A stretch of DNA of 64,000 bases from an uncultured Chloroflexia bacterium (GTDB lineage: Bacteria > Chloroflexota > Anaerolineae > Anaerolineales > UBA4823): positions 301,346-365,345 of the forward strand of contig CAVVAJ010000005.1 of NCBI GenBank assembly GCA_963746255.1, given 5' to 3'. The notes beneath the pieces were generated by a model, which saw nothing but the letters and a program-made list of their open reading frames with translations, was not told the DNA's origin and made no database searches. Shown here piece after piece: positions 22,891-33,389 of the stretch (positions within the stretch are counted from its first letter, which is position 1; every line of letters begins with the position of its first letter). The translations under genes were made by a program, and so were the position numbers.

Positions 22891-23589
22891 TCATGAACTT
22901 CCTGATCGGACAATTTTCGCCATTGGCGAGGCTTTTAAGGATCCTAGCCAGATGCTGCCAATCCGCGTTCTGATAATCTTGACAACAGGCAGCCCTAATA
23001 AACTTCCAGTTTCACGGATTTGTCGTTTGCGCCCTTCATGCATGACAATATTTAACCAAACTCCTTTTCCATGGGTTGATAAGACTTCAACGATCGCGGG
23101 TGCAGAATGATACCCATCGCTAAGTATAATCCCTCGTCTCCATGCTTCTAATTGCTTCTCATCAGGATGTTTAGCGATTAGGACCCGGTATTGCTTTTCG
23201 TGCTCATACCTGGGATGGGTAAGGCGATTTGTTAACTCGCCATCATTCGTTAGCAGGATTAAGCCCTCACTATCAACATCTAATCTGCCAACAGGATAAA
23301 CACGCTCAGGGATCTGGACAATATCGATTACCGTTGGGCGGGTATCCTTTTCTGAGTGAACTGTTGATAATACACCACGGGGTTTGTACAAAGCGATATA
23401 TGTATTTTCTGGCGTATTGGCTATCGGGCGTCCATCAATTCGGATATCATCCACATGTGGATCTGCTTTTGTCCCGAGTGTGATGAGCTTACCGTTGACA
23501 GTGACACGGCCAGATGAAATGAACTTTTCACATGAGCGGCGAGAACCGTAGCCTGCGCGAGCTAGTATCTTTTGTATTCTTTCTTCCAT
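22891..23589 (-). CDS. rluB: Pseudouridine synthase, RsuA/RluB family
   Basis: S4 domain (ILARAGYGSRRSCEKFISSGRVTVNG) and catalytic motif GRLDVDSEGLILLTNDG. Confidence 0.85.
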   Translation of the reverse strand: MEERIQKILARAGYGSRRSCEKFISSGRVTVNGKLITLGTKADPHVDDIRIDGRPIANTPENTYIALYKPRGVLSTVHSEKDTRPTVIDIVQIPERVYPVGRLDVDSEGLILLTNDGELTNRLTHPRYEHEKQYRVLIAKHPDEKQLEAWRRGIILSDGYHSAPAIVEVLSTHGKGVWLNIVMHEGRKRQIRETGSLLGLPVVKIIRTRIGSIWLGSLKASPMAKIVRSGSS

Positions 23590-23801
23590 TAGGTTTTCTA
23601 ATACTTGTGTAATTCGGGGATGGACATAATTGTCTTGGATCGTAGTCCGAATTTATCGGGGTGTGTGCTGGTTGCTCGATTAATAATGAAGAATTACTTC
23701 TATCTCCATTCCTTTGCTTGGTTCAAAGTCGATACTACTAATCCTGGTCATTCCCGTCCCACAAATATTAATTCATCCTTTAATTATATTTCGCGATCAT
23801 T

Positions 23802-24350
23802 CTACTCGAATTCTATGTTTGAATCTATTTTTGTGATTTCTGTAAGTGGGGGTAATTCAGATATGGAATTCAGGCCAAATTGCTGAAGGAATTCTGGGGT
23901 TGAACTATAGAGGATTGGACGACCGGGGCTCTCTGCACGCCCTACCTCCTGGATCAAACCTTTCCGGAGCAAGCTTTTTAAAACTCCATCACTATTCACG
24001 CCTCGAATAGCGTCAATTTGAGGGCGAGTTACTGGTTCATTGTAAGCAATAATCGCTAAGGATTCGAGCGCAGCTTGGGAAAGATGTGTTGTTGCTTCCA
24101 AACCAAGGAATCGCTCAATTTCCGTGGCCACTTCTGGTGATGTCGTAAGCTGTAGTTTTCCATGATGGCTTTGTATACGCAACCCATGAATATTTCCATG
24201 ACTTGTATAATGAGCTAATAATTCACTAATTCCTTCTTCTACCTTGTTTTTTGATACCTGGAGTGCTTCTGCTAGTTGGGCACTTGTGACACCCATGGGT
24301 GCAATAAACAATAACGCCTCTAATTTTCCAACTAAACTGTTATCTGTCAT
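23802..24350 (-). CDS. scpB: Segregation and condensation protein B
   Basis: 182 aa with N-terminus LEALLFIAPMGVTSAQLAEAL and the winged-helix pattern typical of ScpB. Confidence 0.8.
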   Translation of the reverse strand: MTDNSLVGKLEALLFIAPMGVTSAQLAEALQVSKNKVEEGISELLAHYTSHGNIHGLRIQSHHGKLQLTTSPEVATEIERFLGLEATTHLSQAALESLAIIAYNEPVTRPQIDAIRGVNSDGVLKSLLRKGLIQEVGRAESPGRPILYSSTPEFLQQFGLNSISELPPLTEITKIDSNIEFE

Positions 24351-24392
24351 ATTGGGAAGAATTAATACTGCTATGATAAAATTTAGATCGAC

Positions 24393-26006
24393 ATGCGATT
24401 ATACCATCCCGCAATTATTGCAGTTTTCTTGATATTCAACTTGATCGTCGGTTGTTCTCCACCACAGGCCACTCAATCAGTAATTAGCGTAAGGATCTTG
24501 TGGGACGGGAAGACAATCGATATCACACTCCCTGCAGGAAGCAGCACCCAAAGGGCAATAGACGAAGCTAATATCAGTGTAGGTCCATTAGATTTTGTTG
24601 ATCCACCAGTGTATTCGATACTAAATAATGATGAAGAGATAAAGGTTATCCGCGTAAGAGAGGATTTTAGCGTCGAGCAGGAGACAGTGCCATACGAAAA
24701 GCAAATCCTGCAAACTGAATCCTTATCTGATCAGGAACAATTGCTTGCTCAAAGCGGTGTAACTGGAAAGCGTGAAATAACGTACCGATACCTCTACCAT
24801 GACTCGTTATTGGTTTCCAAGGATCCAGTGAAGTCAGTGATTATTCAGGAAGCGATCCCTGAGATTGTTATGGTTGGAGTACAAACACCGTATTCTCCTG
24901 TCGAAATCCCAGGCAGGATCGTTTACCTAATGGGGGGCAATGCCTGGCTGATGGAGGAGACAACTGCCAACCGACGTCCAGTAATAAATGCGGGCGATAT
25001 GGATGGCCGTATCTTTTCTGTTTCAGAAGATGGGACCTGGTTGCTGTTTACTCGCCGATCTGACGAAGAAGAAATAATCAATACACTATGGGCAGCGTCT
25101 CTTGATACGGATCCGCCACAGTTATTCGATCTGGGTGTAGAAAATGTAATTCACTTTGCAGATTGGGTACCAGGTTCAAAGAATAATCGAGTGGCATTCT
25201 CAACTGTAGAACAACGTGCTACTGCTCCGGGTTGGCAAGCGAATAACGACCTGAATATCCTGACATTTAGTACGAGTGGTTGGGTATCGCAATGGGAAGA
25301 GATTATTGAAGCTAATGCGGGAGGTATTTATGGCTGGTGGGGCGCCAATTTTCTATGGGGACCGAATGGGGATGAGATGGCGTACGCACGCCCAGATGGG
25401 GTAGGCTTAGTTGATTTCGAGAAAAACACATATAATCCACTCATGGAAATCATCCCCTTGCAGACTGGCGCAGACTGGGCTTGGGTGCCTGGTATTAACT
25501 GGTCGCCGGATGGGAAGACATTATATATTGTCAATCATCTACAACAAGACGGGTCCGACAATCCGGAGGAATTGCCTGTGTTTGATTTATCAGCCATCCT
25601 GATTACTGAAGGTATATCAATTGACATTACCCCTCAAACGGGCATGTTTGCATACCCAACTGCTTCACAAAACAGGATCACAGCCAACGGTGAAGATGCT
25701 CATGAAATTGCTTACTTGCAAGCGGTATTTCCGATGCAGAGTGATAACACCCGCTACAGGCTCACCGTCATGGATCGAGATGCTTCAAACCCTACGGTTT
25801 TATTTCCCAGTCAGGGCGAGCCTGGTGTTGATCCGCAGCAAGTTGTTTGGTCGCCAGTCCCGACTGGTGAATCGGAGGATTTCTTAATTGCGGTGATCCA
25901 TCAGGGGAATATCTGGCTCATCGATAGCTCAAACCAATCCCCACCTCTGCAAGTTACTGGTGATGGGTTGATTACCCGGCTGGATTGGCAGTTGACTGAT
26001 TCATGA
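24393..26006 (+). CDS. Lipoprotein with DUF348/G5-like N-terminal region and TolB-like (PD40) beta-propeller
   Basis: Lipobox LIVGCS, a G5-like segment (...SGVTGKREITYRY...) and WSPDGKTLY propeller blades. Confidence 0.5.
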   Translation: MRLYHPAIIAVFLIFNLIVGCSPPQATQSVISVRILWDGKTIDITLPAGSSTQRAIDEANISVGPLDFVDPPVYSILNNDEEIKVIRVREDFSVEQETVPYEKQILQTESLSDQEQLLAQSGVTGKREITYRYLYHDSLLVSKDPVKSVIIQEAIPEIVMVGVQTPYSPVEIPGRIVYLMGGNAWLMEETTANRRPVINAGDMDGRIFSVSEDGTWLLFTRRSDEEEIINTLWAASLDTDPPQLFDLGVENVIHFADWVPGSKNNRVAFSTVEQRATAPGWQANNDLNILTFSTSGWVSQWEEIIEANAGGIYGWWGANFLWGPNGDEMAYARPDGVGLVDFEKNTYNPLMEIIPLQTGADWAWVPGINWSPDGKTLYIVNHLQQDGSDNPEELPVFDLSAILITEGISIDITPQTGMFAYPTASQNRITANGEDAHEIAYLQAVFPMQSDNTRYRLTVMDRDASNPTVLFPSQGEPGVDPQQVVWSPVPTGESEDFLIAVIHQGNIWLIDSSNQSPPLQVTGDGLITRLDWQLTDS

Positions 26007-26143
26007 TTTAGATACACGATTATGTGATTGAGCTGGTCATCTCAGAAATATAACTATCGTAGTTTTTTCACCGTTGATTTAATAAATCCCAGATAAATCC
26101 GATAGAAAATTTGGGTGACGCATATTGACTTGAGGTGAAATTA

Positions 26144-27103
26144 ATGAGAATTCTAATAACTGGGGCTGCGGGATTCATCGGGTCGCATTTAAGCACCCGT
26201 TTAGTGAACGATGGGCATGAAGTAGTTGGTATGGATAACTTCGTAACCGGAAACCCGGAAAATTTGGCTCATCTTTCTGGTAATCCGAAATTCTCATTCA
26301 TCCGACACGATGTTTCGAATTTCATCTTTGTGCCTGGGAAGGTAGATGCTGTTCTCCATTTTGCTTCCCCAGCAAGTCCAAATCCCGCCTCGCCCTATGG
26401 TTATGTAAACTTGCCAATACAAACTATGAAAGCTGGCGCGTTGGGTACACATAACAGCTTGGGGGTGGCTAGAGCACACAGTGCCAAATTCCTGCTCGCG
26501 TCTACGAGCGAAATCTATGGAGATCCTCTTGAGCATCCTCAAGTCGAAACATATTGGGGGCACGTTGATCCGATCGGTCTCCGTTCGGTATACGATGAAG
26601 CCAAGCGTTTTGCAGAGGCGTTAACCATGGCTTATCATCGCTTCCACCAAATCGATAGTCGGATAGTTAGGATTTTTAATACTTATGGTCCACGTATGCA
26701 TATCGATGACGGTCGGGTGGTTCCAAACTTTATCCAACAGGCTTTGCGAGGCGAGCCCTTGACGATATATGGGGATGGGACCCAAACGCGTAGTTTTTGT
26801 TATGTCGATGATCTTGTTGAAGGAGTGGTTCGATTACTGCATTCGGATGTGAATACACCGGTGAATATTGGTAATCCTGAGGAGACTACGATACTAGAAT
26901 TTGCGGAGAAGATAAATAATTACATTGGGAACAACGCAGGAGTTGTGTACAACCTGGAATCAAGAGGTGAAGGAGACCCGCAGCGCAGGCGACCGGATAT
27001 ATCGCGAGCTGACAGTCTCTTGAATTGGCAGCCAAAAACAACCATTGAATACGGATTGGATAAGACCATCCCATATTTCAAAGCTACCATGGGGTTAGAA
27101 TGA
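26144..27103 (+). CDS. UDP-glucuronate decarboxylase (UDP-xylose synthase), SDR family
   Basis: [14 protein letters not shown] plus the [13 protein letters not shown] pattern of UXS/ArnA-type decarboxylases; RBS GAGGTG. The ORF-track start is a GTG at 26135. Confidence 0.8.
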   Translation: MRILITGAAGFIGSHLSTRLVNDGHEVVGMDNFVTGNPENLAHLSGNPKFSFIRHDVSNFIFVPGKVDAVLHFASPASPNPASPYGYVNLPIQTMKAGALGTHNSLGVARAHSAKFLLASTSEIYGDPLEHPQVETYWGHVDPIGLRSVYDEAKRFAEALTMAYHRFHQIDSRIVRIFNTYGPRMHIDDGRVVPNFIQQALRGEPLTIYGDGTQTRSFCYVDDLVEGVVRLLHSDVNTPVNIGNPEETTILEFAEKINNYIGNNAGVVYNLESRGEGDPQRRRPDISRADSLLNWQPKTTIEYGLDKTIPYFKATMGLE

Positions 27104-27561
27104 CGGTATTGCTAAACAATCCACGCGAAAGGGCGCGCTTCTTTCGATTTGCAGCGGTTGGGGCGTTTGGTGCAGTCATAGATTTCGGGACATTCAATTT
27201 ACTGAATGGTTTATTCGGTGTGGTAGCAGTGTGGGCGAGCGTTTTATCATTTTTGGCAGCAGTCATCAGCAACTTCACTTGGAACCGGTATTGGACCTAT
27301 CCTGATTCACGTTCGAAACGGTTATCCCTTCAGCTGGTCGAGTTTTCAATCATAAGCCTGATCGGCTTAGCAATTCGAACACCCTTATTCGCAGTCATGG
27401 ACAGGCTGCTGAATAATTTATTCACGTCATTCGGTATCAGTGTACTGGGTTTGGGAACAGATTTCTTCAGCCACAACCTCGCTTTAGCCATTGCTGTCAT
27501 CGTTGTGATGTTTTGGAATTTCTTCGTTAACCGGTATTGGACTTATAATGATGTGAAGTAA
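27100..27561 (+). CDS. GtrA-family membrane protein (polysaccharide biosynthesis)
   Basis: 153 aa with 4 TM helices and the GtrA N-terminal motif [23 protein letters not shown]. It overlaps the UXS stop by 4 nt. Confidence 0.75.
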   Translation: MTVLLNNPRERARFFRFAAVGAFGAVIDFGTFNLLNGLFGVVAVWASVLSFLAAVISNFTWNRYWTYPDSRSKRLSLQLVEFSIISLIGLAIRTPLFAVMDRLLNNLFTSFGISVLGLGTDFFSHNLALAIAVIVVMFWNFFVNRYWTYNDVK

Positions 27562-27598
27562 TTTGTTATAGGTCGATCACAGAATCGGTATCAAGTAA

Positions 27599-27997
27599 TT
27601 GCACAAATGTGAGCAAGTTATGGGGACTGTGTCAAATGCAATACTGATTTATATAACCCAAGGTGAGGTTGAGGCAGTTTTAATTTACCCTTATATCTAC
27701 AGTTTACTGGGTGAATGGATCGGATGGGTTACTTCTGATAGAGATGTTTATTCGGTTCATGGACATTACGTTGGGTGGCTGAGCGATGATCCCCGCATCT
27801 TGCGTAGGAGATCAGGAGACATCATAAAGCCTCGCCGTGAACCGCCGCCTGAACCAGAAGAAATCGTGATCCCAGCGACTGTTCCACTGGCGCCAATGCT
27901 GCCTGAGTTGCCAATAGGTTGGTTTGATGTCCTGGAAGAAACTCCCGAACTGCTTCCGGCTGTCGATTATGGTGACCTGCGAGATGATATGGATTAA
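27599..27997 (+). CDS. Hypothetical protein
   Basis: ORF only, with an acidic Pro-rich C-terminus. The true start may be the internal Met (MGTVSN). Confidence 0.35.
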   Translation: MHKCEQVMGTVSNAILIYITQGEVEAVLIYPYIYSLLGEWIGWVTSDRDVYSVHGHYVGWLSDDPRILRRRSGDIIKPRREPPPEPEEIVIPATVPLAPMLPELPIGWFDVLEETPELLPAVDYGDLRDDMD

Positions 27998-28246
27998 TCT
28001 GTTACAGAAATTTTTCAGTTACTTATTATTTCGTGACGAATAGTAAGATTCAACACCTATATTTTCGCACAACATTATTCGCATAGGTAAAAAATATTTC
28101 ACCTAATCAACTTCAAATGGATATTCATCCTACTCGTTGAAGTCACAAAATTCTATAAATATTTCCCCATTAACTCATTTGGGAGTTAACCTGCGATTTA
28201 GATGGCATAAATCCCACGCAGGGAGCTCACCAGGAGAAATTAATTC

Positions 28247-29467
28247 TTGGAAAATGAAGATCGCATTACTCATCCAACGAAAAACGACGATGGCGCAGGT
28301 GTCCGCTCACTAAAGGACCTGCTCAATATCATTTCTGGGAAGGATTTTGTTACTCCCGAACAACGTGAAGACGCAGGTATTGCCGAATCGATACCGTTTC
28401 CGTTTCTAGCGTTAGTCGGCCAGAATGACATGAAGTTGGCATTGATACTTGCGTTGATTAATCCTGCGGTGGGAGGGGTATTGCTCATCGGCCCACGCGG
28501 TACGGGAAAAACAACTGCGGTACGCAGTTTGATAGACTTACTCCCCAATGTCCCGCGTAGCCTTTGCTACTATGGCTGCCTGCCCGAAGATATCGAGAGC
28601 GGAGGTATAGATGCTGTATGCCCTGATTGTGCCAAGAAATATGCTCAGGGAGAGCCGTTAGCCAAATTAGATCTTGGGCGGTTAGTTGAACTACCTTTGA
28701 ATGCAGAGCTGGAAGATGTGGTTGGTGGAATCGATGAACGCGCAATTGTACATGACCGCATGCGCCTGCGCAGAGGGTTGTTAGCACAATCAGATAGGAA
28801 TATTCTGTACGTTGATGAAGTAAATTTGCTGTCCGATGATGTGGTAAATGCTCTGCTAGACGCATCCTCACAAGGGAGTTTTACCGTTCGTCGTGGTCCG
28901 ATATCGGCGACCTATTGGTCGAGATTTGTATTAATCGGATCAATGAATCCCGAGGAAGGTAAGTTGCGACCACAAATCCTGGACCGGTTTGGTTTGCGTG
29001 TTATCGTACGTGGGCTTGAGGATACAGGATTGCGTCTCGAAGCCTACAAACGTGTGCATGCGTATCTAGAGAACCGCCGCCAAAGTGTTCAACAATTTGC
29101 CTTCGAGACGGACATAGCAAGGGGCGAAATTCAATCTGCCCGTGATCTTCTCCCTCAGGTAGTTCTGCCAAGCATCGTAGCGGAAAAGGGGCTATCAATC
29201 ATAAATGACCTTGGAGTTGACTCTCTACGGGCAGAGATAACACTTTTTGAAGCTGCACGCGCGCATGCAGCGGCAGATGCGCGCGCTGAGGTGACGATAG
29301 CGGACTTAGAGACTGTGGCGTTCATGGCATTGAGATTGCGGCGATCCCGTTATATTGAAGAGTTTTTCGCTGAACGAATATCTGAAGACAATGAAATAAC
29401 CAGAATTGTGGAACAAACATTTGCCAAAGCAAATCATGAGGATGGAGAGGAAAAACATGACAGATGA
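28247..29467 (+). CDS. ChlI/BchI-like AAA+ ATPase (Mg-chelatase subunit I family) with Cys4 insertion
   Basis: PFLALVGQNDMKLAL, Walker A GPRGTGKTT, Walker B ILYVDEVNLL and sensor region FVLIGSMNPEEGKLRPQILDRFG. It also carries a CYYGC...CPDC insertion. Confidence 0.8.
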   Translation: MENEDRITHPTKNDDGAGVRSLKDLLNIISGKDFVTPEQREDAGIAESIPFPFLALVGQNDMKLALILALINPAVGGVLLIGPRGTGKTTAVRSLIDLLPNVPRSLCYYGCLPEDIESGGIDAVCPDCAKKYAQGEPLAKLDLGRLVELPLNAELEDVVGGIDERAIVHDRMRLRRGLLAQSDRNILYVDEVNLLSDDVVNALLDASSQGSFTVRRGPISATYWSRFVLIGSMNPEEGKLRPQILDRFGLRVIVRGLEDTGLRLEAYKRVHAYLENRRQSVQQFAFETDIARGEIQSARDLLPQVVLPSIVAEKGLSIINDLGVDSLRAEITLFEAARAHAAADARAEVTIADLETVAFMALRLRRSRYIEEFFAERISEDNEITRIVEQTFAKANHEDGEEKHDR

Positions 29468-29813
29468 TGCTACCGGGACAGAGCACAATGATGAGCTATC
29501 AAATTTCATCAATGCGGGCTGGAAGTTCCACACCGAAGGAAATGATCAGGATGCAGAAAAGCAATTCAATAAAGCATTAGCCATTAATCAAAAGTCAGTC
29601 GAAGCCCATTATGGATTGGGCATTGTGATGAAGAGTCAAGGAAATACCAATGCGATGATAACCAATTTCGAGAAAGTAATTCAACTGGTTGCTGAGATTG
29701 TGGAGGACCGGTCTAAAGCAGAAATGCTGCGCAGGTTAGCGATGGGTCATATCAACCAGGCACGGAACGGAGATTGGGGTCTGGAGGGTGAAATTTGGAA
29801 ACACAGCAGCTAA
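29457..29813 (+). CDS. TPR-repeat protein
   Basis: TPR-like AEKQFNKALAINQKSVEAHYGLGIV. Its start overlaps the ChlI-like stop, which suggests translational coupling. Confidence 0.55.
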   Translation: MTDDATGTEHNDELSNFINAGWKFHTEGNDQDAEKQFNKALAINQKSVEAHYGLGIVMKSQGNTNAMITNFEKVIQLVAEIVEDRSKAEMLRRLAMGHINQARNGDWGLEGEIWKHSS

Positions 29814-30805
29814 GATATACAAACAGTCATAGGACACGGTTGGAGCAGGTTATTTCAGGTGAGGCTGCAGATCGCGTACCAGTTGCATTATGGCGACATT
29901 TTCCGGTAGATGATCAATCACCGGAAAATCTCGCTGCGGCAACCCTAGACTTCCAGAAAACCTATGATTTTGATTTCGTGAAAGTCACCCCTGCTTCATC
30001 ATATTGTTTAAAGGATTGGGGGATACGAGATGAATGGACTGGCGCTACTGAGGGTACACGTGATTATGTTTCCCGAGTGATTCATATTCCTGAAGATTGG
30101 CTTACTTTGACTGTACTAGATCCATATTCCGGCACACTAGGTGCCCAGATAGATTGTCTCAAGAGAATTACTTCGGAACTGGGCGCCAGCGTGCCGGTTA
30201 TCCAAACGATCTTTAATCCCCTGTCTCAGGCAAAAAACCTGGTGGGGAGAGAGAAATTGCTTTATCATATGCGCAGCAATCCACAAGCCCTCGCTGCAGG
30301 TTTGAGAACAATCTCCACAAGTACTCAGTTATTTATGGATGCTGCTAAGGCCACAGGAATTTCAGGATTCTTCTATGCTGTTCAGCATGCACAATACCAC
30401 CTGTTGTCCCCCGAAGAATATCATGAATTCGGCCGAATCTACGATTTGGAGTTGCTTACGAGCGTCGATGATATGTGGTTAAACGTCCTTCATCTGCATG
30501 GTAACAATATCATGTTCAAGGATGTAATTGATTACCCGGTTTCGGTAATCAATTGGCATGACAGGGACACGCCCCCGACCTTGAAAGATGGTCTTGTAGA
30601 TTTCCGAGGCGTGGTGTGCGGTGGTTTGCGACGGGAGCAGTCTATGGTGCTTGGTTCACCAACGGAAGTAACCGCGGAAGCATTGGATGCGATCGAAAGT
30701 ACAGGTGGGAAAAGGTTTATCTTGGGTACTGGTTGTGTTGTCCCGATCACCGCGCCGCGAGCTAATTTAATCGCTGCTCGCCAAAGTGTCGAATTAACGC
30801 GGTAA
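29795..30805 (+). CDS. Uroporphyrinogen decarboxylase (URO-D) family protein, MtaA/CmuA-like
   Basis: 336 aa with the RVPVALWRHFP N-terminus characteristic of the URO-D fold. It overlaps the TPR gene by 19 nt. Confidence 0.65.
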   Translation: METQQLRYTNSHRTRLEQVISGEAADRVPVALWRHFPVDDQSPENLAAATLDFQKTYDFDFVKVTPASSYCLKDWGIRDEWTGATEGTRDYVSRVIHIPEDWLTLTVLDPYSGTLGAQIDCLKRITSELGASVPVIQTIFNPLSQAKNLVGREKLLYHMRSNPQALAAGLRTISTSTQLFMDAAKATGISGFFYAVQHAQYHLLSPEEYHEFGRIYDLELLTSVDDMWLNVLHLHGNNIMFKDVIDYPVSVINWHDRDTPPTLKDGLVDFRGVVCGGLRREQSMVLGSPTEVTAEALDAIESTGGKRFILGTGCVVPITAPRANLIAARQSVELTR

Positions 30806-30841
30806 TTTATCAAGAATCGTATCGACTTCAATGCTCAATAT

Positions 30842-31402
30842 ATGAAGAGTTTGCGTGTGATTTCCGGAATGGCGCGTGGTCAGAGATTGCGGTCTGTGCC
30901 AGGTGATAAGACCCGACCGATTACTGACCGTGTAAAAGAGGCGCTGTTTAACATAATAAGTTCGGATATTGTAAACGCATCACTATTAGATTTATTTGCC
31001 GGAACCGGAGCGGTTGGTATTGAAGCCCTTTCCCGAGGAGCAGAGCATGTTCGATTTGTTGATACCCAACCCCAAGCGATACGAACGATTAAAACTAACC
31101 TGATTCAAACGGGTCTAACTGAAAAAGCGACGGTCATCCGCCAGGACGCGTTCAAACTTCTCTCCTCTGCCTCTGATCGTGCCTACGATTATATATATAT
31201 CGCACCTCCTCAATATCAGGGTTTATGGTCCAAATCCTTGCATCTGCTTGAGCAGAATATTGAGTGGCTAGATAAGTATGGGTGGGGGATCATTCAAATT
31301 GACCCAATTGAATACCAAGAAATACAATTAGCAAACCTGGTCGAGTTTGATCAGCGGCGGTATGGCAGCACTCAGCTTGTCTTTTATGAGAGAACTGACT
31401 GA
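30842..31402 (+). CDS. rsmD: 16S rRNA (guanine966-N2)-methyltransferase
   Basis: RVISGMARGQRL, LDLFAGTGAVGIEALSRGA and the DAF...IYIAPPQY motif. Confidence 0.85.
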   Translation: MKSLRVISGMARGQRLRSVPGDKTRPITDRVKEALFNIISSDIVNASLLDLFAGTGAVGIEALSRGAEHVRFVDTQPQAIRTIKTNLIQTGLTEKATVIRQDAFKLLSSASDRAYDYIYIAPPQYQGLWSKSLHLLEQNIEWLDKYGWGIIQIDPIEYQEIQLANLVEFDQRRYGSTQLVFYERTD

Positions 31403-31408
31403 TAAAAA

Positions 31409-31446
31409 ATCCCTTCCACTATCCAGATGTGGGAGGGATTATTTAG
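31409..31446 (+). terminator. Rho-independent terminator after rsmD
   Basis: ATCCCTTCCAC-loop-GTGGGAGGGAT followed by TATTTAG. Confidence 0.6.
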
Positions 31447-31469
31447 AAAACCTGCGCTTTGCCTAGTAC

Positions 31470-32531
31470 TCAACCGTTAAGAAAAGCGTCTAAGGCATCT
31501 TTACTTATCCGGAAAGCATTGCCAATTTTCCTCGCAGTGAGGTCCCCCGCTTCAATCGCTGCCAGCACATCTTCTTCGGAGACCCTTAGATATTGCGCGG
31601 CTTCCGTAGGGGTCATTACGCTTGGTCCGCCTGCTGCAGGAGCGTCTCCAGTAGGTGCTGCTTGACCTGCGCCTGCGGCACCAGCCCCTGTCATTCCTGC
31701 TAATGATTGGCTGAGGACATTTCCAACACCCAGCCCGGCACCGATTCCGGCAGTTAGCCCAGCACCACCACTTGGATTCTGAGCAGCATCCCGCATTGCA
31801 TCAGCTGCTTGCAGTTGGGTGTAGGTCTGCATATCAAGCATACCCATCGCACGTAATTCCTCAGCTGATTTACTGGAAGGTTTTAAGTTCTCTAAGTAAA
31901 ACGATTTAAGAGTTAATCCTAAGGCTAAGAAATCATCCTGAGCTTTAGCCCTTACGCCCGCACCTAATTCTTCGGTCAATCCAATCAATTCTGGTACTGA
32001 GTTCTCTGCAGCAGTCTCACCAAGCAGGTCCGAAAGCTTCGACAGTAGCATAGAACGCAATCGCGATTCGATCTCTGCAGTCCTAAATATCCCCTGTGCG
32101 CCTACCACCTGGTTGACGAATTGCTGCGGGTCTTGAACCTGGAAGCTGTAGGAGCCAAAACCTTGCAGTAAGGCAACCCCAAGCCCCATATTCGGATTCC
32201 GTACAATGATCGGTTGTGGGGTTCCCCATTTTCGGTCAACGAACTCCCGCATCGCGACGAAGTATACTTCAGCAGGGAATGGGGTTTGTTCGTTGAAGAC
32301 CCGCCCAAGGGCGTTGACAAGGAGCGGGATATTATATGTGACAATCGTATGACGACCCGGACCAAAAGTGTCAAGCGCATTTCCGTCACGGGAAAATATT
32401 GCGGTTTGTGATTCACGAACAATTACCTGAGAACCGATCCGAAAGTTGCCGGGGCCTACTTCGGGAAAACGATGGACGATTTCGTCTCGCATCTCATTGG
32501 GGTACTCAATAACATCAAAAATCCTAGCCAT
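31470..32531 (-). CDS. SPFH/band-7-like (COG4260-type) protein fused to a C-terminal excisionase-family HTH
   Basis: N-terminus MARIFDVIEYPNEMRDEIVHRFP, then a Gly/Ala-rich linker, then C-terminus MTPTEAAQYLRVSEEDVLAAIEAGDLTARKIGNAFRISKDALDAFL (HTH_17-like). Confidence 0.65.
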   Translation of the reverse strand: MARIFDVIEYPNEMRDEIVHRFPEVGPGNFRIGSQVIVRESQTAIFSRDGNALDTFGPGRHTIVTYNIPLLVNALGRVFNEQTPFPAEVYFVAMREFVDRKWGTPQPIIVRNPNMGLGVALLQGFGSYSFQVQDPQQFVNQVVGAQGIFRTAEIESRLRSMLLSKLSDLLGETAAENSVPELIGLTEELGAGVRAKAQDDFLALGLTLKSFYLENLKPSSKSAEELRAMGMLDMQTYTQLQAADAMRDAAQNPSGGAGLTAGIGAGLGVGNVLSQSLAGMTGAGAAGAGQAAPTGDAPAAGGPSVMTPTEAAQYLRVSEEDVLAAIEAGDLTARKIGNAFRISKDALDAFLNG

Positions 32532-32572
32532 AGTATTTTCTCCTACAATTCATCTTAGCGGACTAATGCCAC

Positions 32573-33142
32573 TTATGCACCTGCAGCACCAGTGACGACT
32601 TCTGAACGGCGGTTGTAAACATCAATGCATTGTTGGGTGGTTTTCTCTAGGTGTCGGATAGCAGCATTTAGACCGTCTGTCCCGACCGACATCTCAATAT
32701 TGTCTATTGCACGGCTTACTTCATCAACCAAATCCAGCATGGTTGCATCATAATCATATAACTGTGTCAATTCTTCTTCGTTGATTTTTACGGCGTCAAA
32801 CAATCCCGAGTAGCCCCTGGGCGCTCTCCGAATACGGTCTGCAAAAGTACGCATCTTTATCGCCGCAGCTTCTAGGTCATCCACATACTGGATCTGATTA
32901 TTTCGTATAAATTCCCTCTGTAACGCAGATACGCGTTGCCATAATTCTTCAAAACGATTGGCTAGGGTATCCCTTAATATTTTATCTGAGTCACGGCGAG
33001 CTTGTCTTTCCATATACCCGGAGAATCCGGGGATTTTAGTCAAAATCTTCTTGAAGGGATCCATGTCGGAGCTAACTTTTCCATAAATCTGATCTTCGGG
33101 GTCGCCCATGCTATTCTCCTTAATTAATTTAGTCAATGTCAT
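32573..33142 (-). CDS. Hypothetical coiled-coil protein, operon partner of the SPFH-HTH protein
   Basis: 189 aa, predicted helical; it lies 41 nt upstream of the SPFH gene. Confidence 0.4.
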   Translation of the reverse strand: MTLTKLIKENSMGDPEDQIYGKVSSDMDPFKKILTKIPGFSGYMERQARRDSDKILRDTLANRFEELWQRVSALQREFIRNNQIQYVDDLEAAAIKMRTFADRIRRAPRGYSGLFDAVKINEEELTQLYDYDATMLDLVDEVSRAIDNIEMSVGTDGLNAAIRHLEKTTQQCIDVYNRRSEVVTGAAGA

Positions 33143-33389
33143 TCTTACTGATTATAGCCTTTGTTGTATTTCAAGGCAACCATTCTTCGGCAATCATAAC
33201 AACTCGTACAACATCAGTTTTTCTCTTACATTATCAATTTATTCACAACTCAACGGCAGTATTCATTACCGATACCGATAATCAAAACGAGATGTGTACT
33301 TTATTAGGTGTGCTTATGGGTTTCGATTATAATTTATCCACTACACTCTCTAAGCACAGCAGACCTATCTTAGAATAAAGGAGATTTAG

